This document shows positions 62,130-64,000 of a stretch of DNA of 64,000 nt, in pieces. Every line of letters begins with the position of its first letter. Position 1 is the stretch's first letter. A program made the position numbers and the translations under genes. The stretch comes from Candidatus Krumholzibacteriia bacterium (GTDB lineage: Bacteria > Krumholzibacteriota > Krumholzibacteriia > Krumholzibacteriales > Krumholzibacteriaceae): assembly GCA_963836185.1 (NCBI GenBank), contig CAWIIQ010000001.1:2208001-2272000 (forward strand), given 5' to 3'. The notes below the pieces were generated by a model. It was given only the letters and a program-made list of their open reading frames with translations. It was not told where the DNA came from and made no database searches.

Positions 62130-63224
62130 ATGATGAGACAGGCAGCCGCGATCATCCTGGCGGCGCTGCTGTGCGCGGCGCCCTGCGGGGCGCAGAAAGC
62201 GGCGGAATCAGCCGCGGACCCAGCGGTGGAGGAACTTCGGGATTTCGATGAGAGCCTGCGTCACAGGCTCGATATCCTGGAGAAGAAGATCGACGACCTT
62301 CTCTGGTTCGAGAGGGTCGATGACGCCGCCTTTATCGACAAGGTCTATATAACGGGGCCTCCACTTCGCGAGGAGAAGAACCCTACCGCCCAGGGCGCCG
62401 GCAACCCGGTCAAGTTCTGGGCATATATCTTCGTTCCGCGCGATACCGATATGTCGAAGAAATATCCCCTTATCGTATTCCCTCACGGAGGCGTGCACGC
62501 CAGCTTCGTCACATATTACACGCATATCATAAGGGAACTGATGGCTCAGGGATATATAGTCGTGGCTCCCGAGTACAGGGGAAGCACCGGATATGGAAGA
62601 TCGCACTACGAGAAGATAGATTACGGCGGCCTCGAGACGGAGGATGTATGGTCGAGCAGAAACTTCATGATCGAAAATTATCATTTCGTCGACAGCAAGA
62701 GAGTCGGGATAATCGGCTGGAGTCATGGCGGCCTTATCGCGCTGCATAACATATTCGACCATCCCGGCGATTATAATGTCGCCTTCGCCGGCGTCCCGGT
62801 AAGCGATCTTATTGCCCGCATGGGATACAAGACGCAGGAGTACAGGGACCTCTACTCGGTCGACTACCATATCGGCAAGACAGCGTACGAGGACGTCAAC
62901 GAGTACAGGCGCCGTTCTCCGGCATGGAACGCTCACAAGCTCAGCACCCCGCTGCTGATACATACGAATACAACCGACGCAGACGTGAACGTCTTCGAGG
63001 TCGAACACCTCATAAAAGCACTCAAGGCCGAGGGGAAAAAGTTCGAATACGAGATATACAAAGCGGTCCCCGGCGGGCATTCATTCGACAGGATGGACAC
63101 AAAAGAAGCGAGAGAGATCAGGCTCAAGATATGGCAGTTCCTCGCAAAGCACCTTGATCCACCGGTACAATTCGAAACTGTCGATGACATCAACAAGGCT
63201 TCATACGAGAAGCAGGGGGACTGA
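62130..63224 (+). CDS. Exported S9-family (prolyl oligopeptidase-like) serine peptidase
   Basis: Signal peptide, HGG, YRGSTGYG, GWSHGG, D and GHSF. Confidence 0.88.
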   Translation: MMRQAAAIILAALLCAAPCGAQKAAESAADPAVEELRDFDESLRHRLDILEKKIDDLLWFERVDDAAFIDKVYITGPPLREEKNPTAQGAGNPVKFWAYIFVPRDTDMSKKYPLIVFPHGGVHASFVTYYTHIIRELMAQGYIVVAPEYRGSTGYGRSHYEKIDYGGLETEDVWSSRNFMIENYHFVDSKRVGIIGWSHGGLIALHNIFDHPGDYNVAFAGVPVSDLIARMGYKTQEYRDLYSVDYHIGKTAYEDVNEYRRRSPAWNAHKLSTPLLIHTNTTDADVNVFEVEHLIKALKAEGKKFEYEIYKAVPGGHSFDRMDTKEAREIRLKIWQFLAKHLDPPVQFETVDDINKASYEKQGD

Positions 63225-63227
63225 GCG

Positions 63228-64000
63228 ATGGACTCAGCCGGCCAGATCGTCTACCTGGACGGGGACTTCGTTCCCGTCGATAAAGCAGCCGTCTCACCCC
63301 TTGACCGCGGCTTCCTTTTCGCCGACGGCGTCTATGAGGTATTACGGTCGTACAGAGGCTCTCTCTTCGAGCAGAAGGCCCATATCGAGAGGCTGCGCCG
63401 CAGTCTGCGTGAGATCAGGATCTCTCAGGGCGCCGCGGAAGGGATAGAGGAGATCTTTCCCATGCTGCTCGAAAGCAACGGGCTCTCGGATTCGGAAGCA
63501 CTTGTCTACCTGCAGATCACAAGGGGCGCCGCGCCCCGTTCGCACCAGTTCCCCGGCAGGGAAACAGCTCCGACCGTCTACGCCCATGCAGTCCCCTTCG
63601 AGCCGCTGACAAGTCAGCGTGACACCGGCATTCCCGTGATCCTTGTCCCCGACACGAGATGGAGCAGATGCGACATCAAGTCGATCGCCCTCTTGCCGAA
63701 CATCCTCGCCAGACAGATGGCCGAGGATGCGGGGGCCGGCGAAGCTGTATTCATTCGCAACGGCATGGTGACCGAAGGATCGTCATCGACATTCTGCGCC
63801 GTTTTCAGCGGAACTGTCGTGACACATCCCGAATCGAACGTCGTCCTCTCGGGGATAACGAAGAGGGTCGTCTTCGAACTCTGCGCGCGTACCGGGATTC
63901 CCGTCGCTGAGAGACCGTTCAGGGAGGATGAACTTTCCCGCGCGGCGGAGATGATGCTGCTCAGCACTACGCGGGAAGTCATGCCTGTCGTTTCGGTGGA
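63228..64000 (+). CDS. dat: D-amino acid aminotransferase (PLP class IV), truncated by window end
   Basis: Translated by hand: MDSAGQIVYLDG...DRGFLFADGVYEV...YLQITRG...RCDIKS...EG...LSGITKR. Confidence 0.88.
   Translation, partial: MDSAGQIVYLDGDFVPVDKAAVSPLDRGFLFADGVYEVLRSYRGSLFEQKAHIERLRRSLREIRISQGAAEGIEEIFPMLLESNGLSDSEALVYLQITRGAAPRSHQFPGRETAPTVYAHAVPFEPLTSQRDTGIPVILVPDTRWSRCDIKSIALLPNILARQMAEDAGAGEAVFIRNGMVTEGSSSTFCAVFSGTVVTHPESNVVLSGITKRVVFELCARTGIPVAERPFREDELSRAAEMMLLSTTREVMPVVSV

Overview
A GC-rich (roughly 55-60% by eye) bacterial chromosomal segment, mostly housekeeping genes on the minus strand. It contains five tRNAs (all four Ser isoacceptors plus Arg-ACG) and tadA; a four-gene 2-oxoacid oxidoreductase operon whose delta subunit carries an inserted GltD-like NAD(P)/FAD module; Rrf2-iscS; envelope genes; many peptidases and amino-acid/peptide transporters; lat; the ffh-rpsP-khpA-rimM-trmD-rplS-rnhB-yraN cluster; the EF-G2-yebC-ruvCAB-queA-tgt-yajC-def-fmt-PASTA-rpe cluster; glycosyltransferases, cobB, tyrS and a dat gene cut by the window end. 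The gene content (FlgD/T9SS-like C-terminal domain, FadL-like barrel, PASTA-only protein) suggests an anaerobic, peptide-degrading diderm of the FCB group, possibly Krumholzibacteriota/Latescibacterota-like; this is inference only. The best leads are (1) a solitary HNH nuclease gene with an internal array of 18-bp DNA palindromes in its linker, (2) an unannotated ~116-nt rod-like RNA between a perfect sigma70 promoter and a strong terminator (short 6S-like candidate), (3) an 8-heme cytochrome c lipoprotein, (4) the nested PorD/GltD fusion and (5) 22-bp tandem repeats flanking tRNA-Ser(GGA). Many genes at 6.7-16 kb and 51.7-56.4 kb are broken by small indels that most likely are sequencing errors. 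No CRISPR array, integrase, transposase or rRNA was seen.
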